A stretch of DNA of 64,000 nucleotides. Source: Heterodontus francisci. Lineage: Eukaryota. The notes under the pieces are model-generated. The model saw only the letters and a list, made by a program, of their open reading frames with translations, searched no databases and had not been told where the DNA came from. Of this stretch, positions 62,951 to 64,000 are shown one piece after another (the stretch's first letter is position 1; each line of letters opens with the position of its first letter). A program made the translations under genes and the position numbers. The DNA lies in assembly GCF_036365525.1 (NCBI RefSeq), contig NC_090378.1, positions 45,941,505 to 46,005,504 of the forward strand, in the 5' to 3' direction.

Positions 62951-63479
62951 GAACAATTAAGATAAATTTAACCTAACCACCCATTGGGAAACTGACGAGG
63001 TGCGGTTCAATACTGGTTTTGCACCCTGCTTGACATTACTCCCTATTGAAGCTAATGGAGGGCAATATTGAGCAGGGCGTAAAACTGGCATTCCACCCGA
63101 TTCTGTGGGTATCCTGCTCGATAGGCTGAATTTTCGCCATGGAGGTGGGAAACAGGAGCCGGGTTTGTTTTTGCCTCTAGTGGAAAACTGATTAAAGTTA
63201 AGATTGTCACATGGGGAAGCCCTTAATTGGCATGGGCACTGGTTTCCTGTCCAGTTGGAGCTAGTGGCAGCAGGAACAGATCAAGTCCGTTCAGATCTAG
63301 TGTGAGACTCACTTAGACTCCCACAGCAGCCATCGCTGAAGCTGCTGGTTATCCTGAGGGAGAGATCTGCGGTTTGTGCTAAAGCCTTCCACTGCACCAG
63401 AGGGAGGCCATGAGGGAGAGGAGGGTGGCAGGAGGAGGCCAACTTCTCATTCATCAGGGGCACCGGTCTGTTTAGTGTC

Positions 63480-64000
63480 ATCTCTCTCTGCCTCCTCTTC
63501 CTCCTCCTGTCTCAGCTCCTCCTCCTGATCCTCCACCAATGAGCTGTTTTATTCCAGGGCCTCATCGTCCTGAAGGTCTGCACTTCTCTGGAGGGCCATA
63601 TAATGGAGATCACAGCAGACCACCACATGGCCAAGACCCTTGCATGAGGGTAATGGAGGGCACCACCCAACCAGTCCAGGCATCGGAATTGCATCTTCAG
63701 AAGCCCGATGGTCTGCTCAGTGGCTGTCCGACTGAGCAGGTGCTGTTGGTTGTATTGCCTCTGTCTGGGGCACCTGGAGAGGGGTCAATAGCCATCTCTT
63801 CAAGGGATATCCCTTGTCCCCTAGGATCTAACCACGCACTTTGGGGGGTTGGAGTGAAGATCTGAGGCAACCTGGACTGGCAGAGGATAAAGGAGTCATG
63901 GCAGCTGCAGGAAAATGAGCGTACACATGGAGGAAGCTCTTGTGGTCGCAGACCAGTTGGACATTGTGGGCGTGGAAGCCCTTCCTGTCAATGGATCTCA
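63480..64000 (-). mobile_element. PIF/Harbinger (HARBI1-like) DDE transposase relic
   Basis: Minus-strand peptides RKGFHAHNVQLVCDH and EQTIGLLKMQFRCLDWLGGALHY-like, frameshifted. Confidence 0.75.

Overview
Vertebrate genomic DNA, very probably a shark or other chondrichthyan (HE1-type V-SINEs, SacSINE1-like Deu-SINEs, abundant CR1). The window lies inside a + strand MAST2-like kinase gene. I find two coding exons (20244-20319, 54109-54187) and a 21-nt in-frame microexon (42959-42979) with RBFOX motifs. The rest is intron, densely filled with transposons: many CR1 fragments, three RTE LINE copies (one near full length with a TSD), two Gypsy relics, solo LTRs, Penelope-like fragments with minimal hammerhead motifs, hAT- and Harbinger-type MITEs, and a Harbinger transposase relic. 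The best candidate for a new system is a 3.3-kb single-ORF APE-RT LINE (49737-53020). It begins with a tRNA-derived Pol III promoter plus a SINE-type middle domain and has no TTTT on its sense strand, so it may be an autonomous, Pol III-transcribed, protein-coding retrotransposon. Other notable items: a frame-conserved proline-rich ORF in the RTE leader, a perfect 49-bp-arm palindromic insertion with hammerhead-like cores, a fully resolvable nested insertion stack, and two local templated duplications. Everything was read by eye; family names come from recalled consensus features, not database searches, and the ends of old repeats are approximate.
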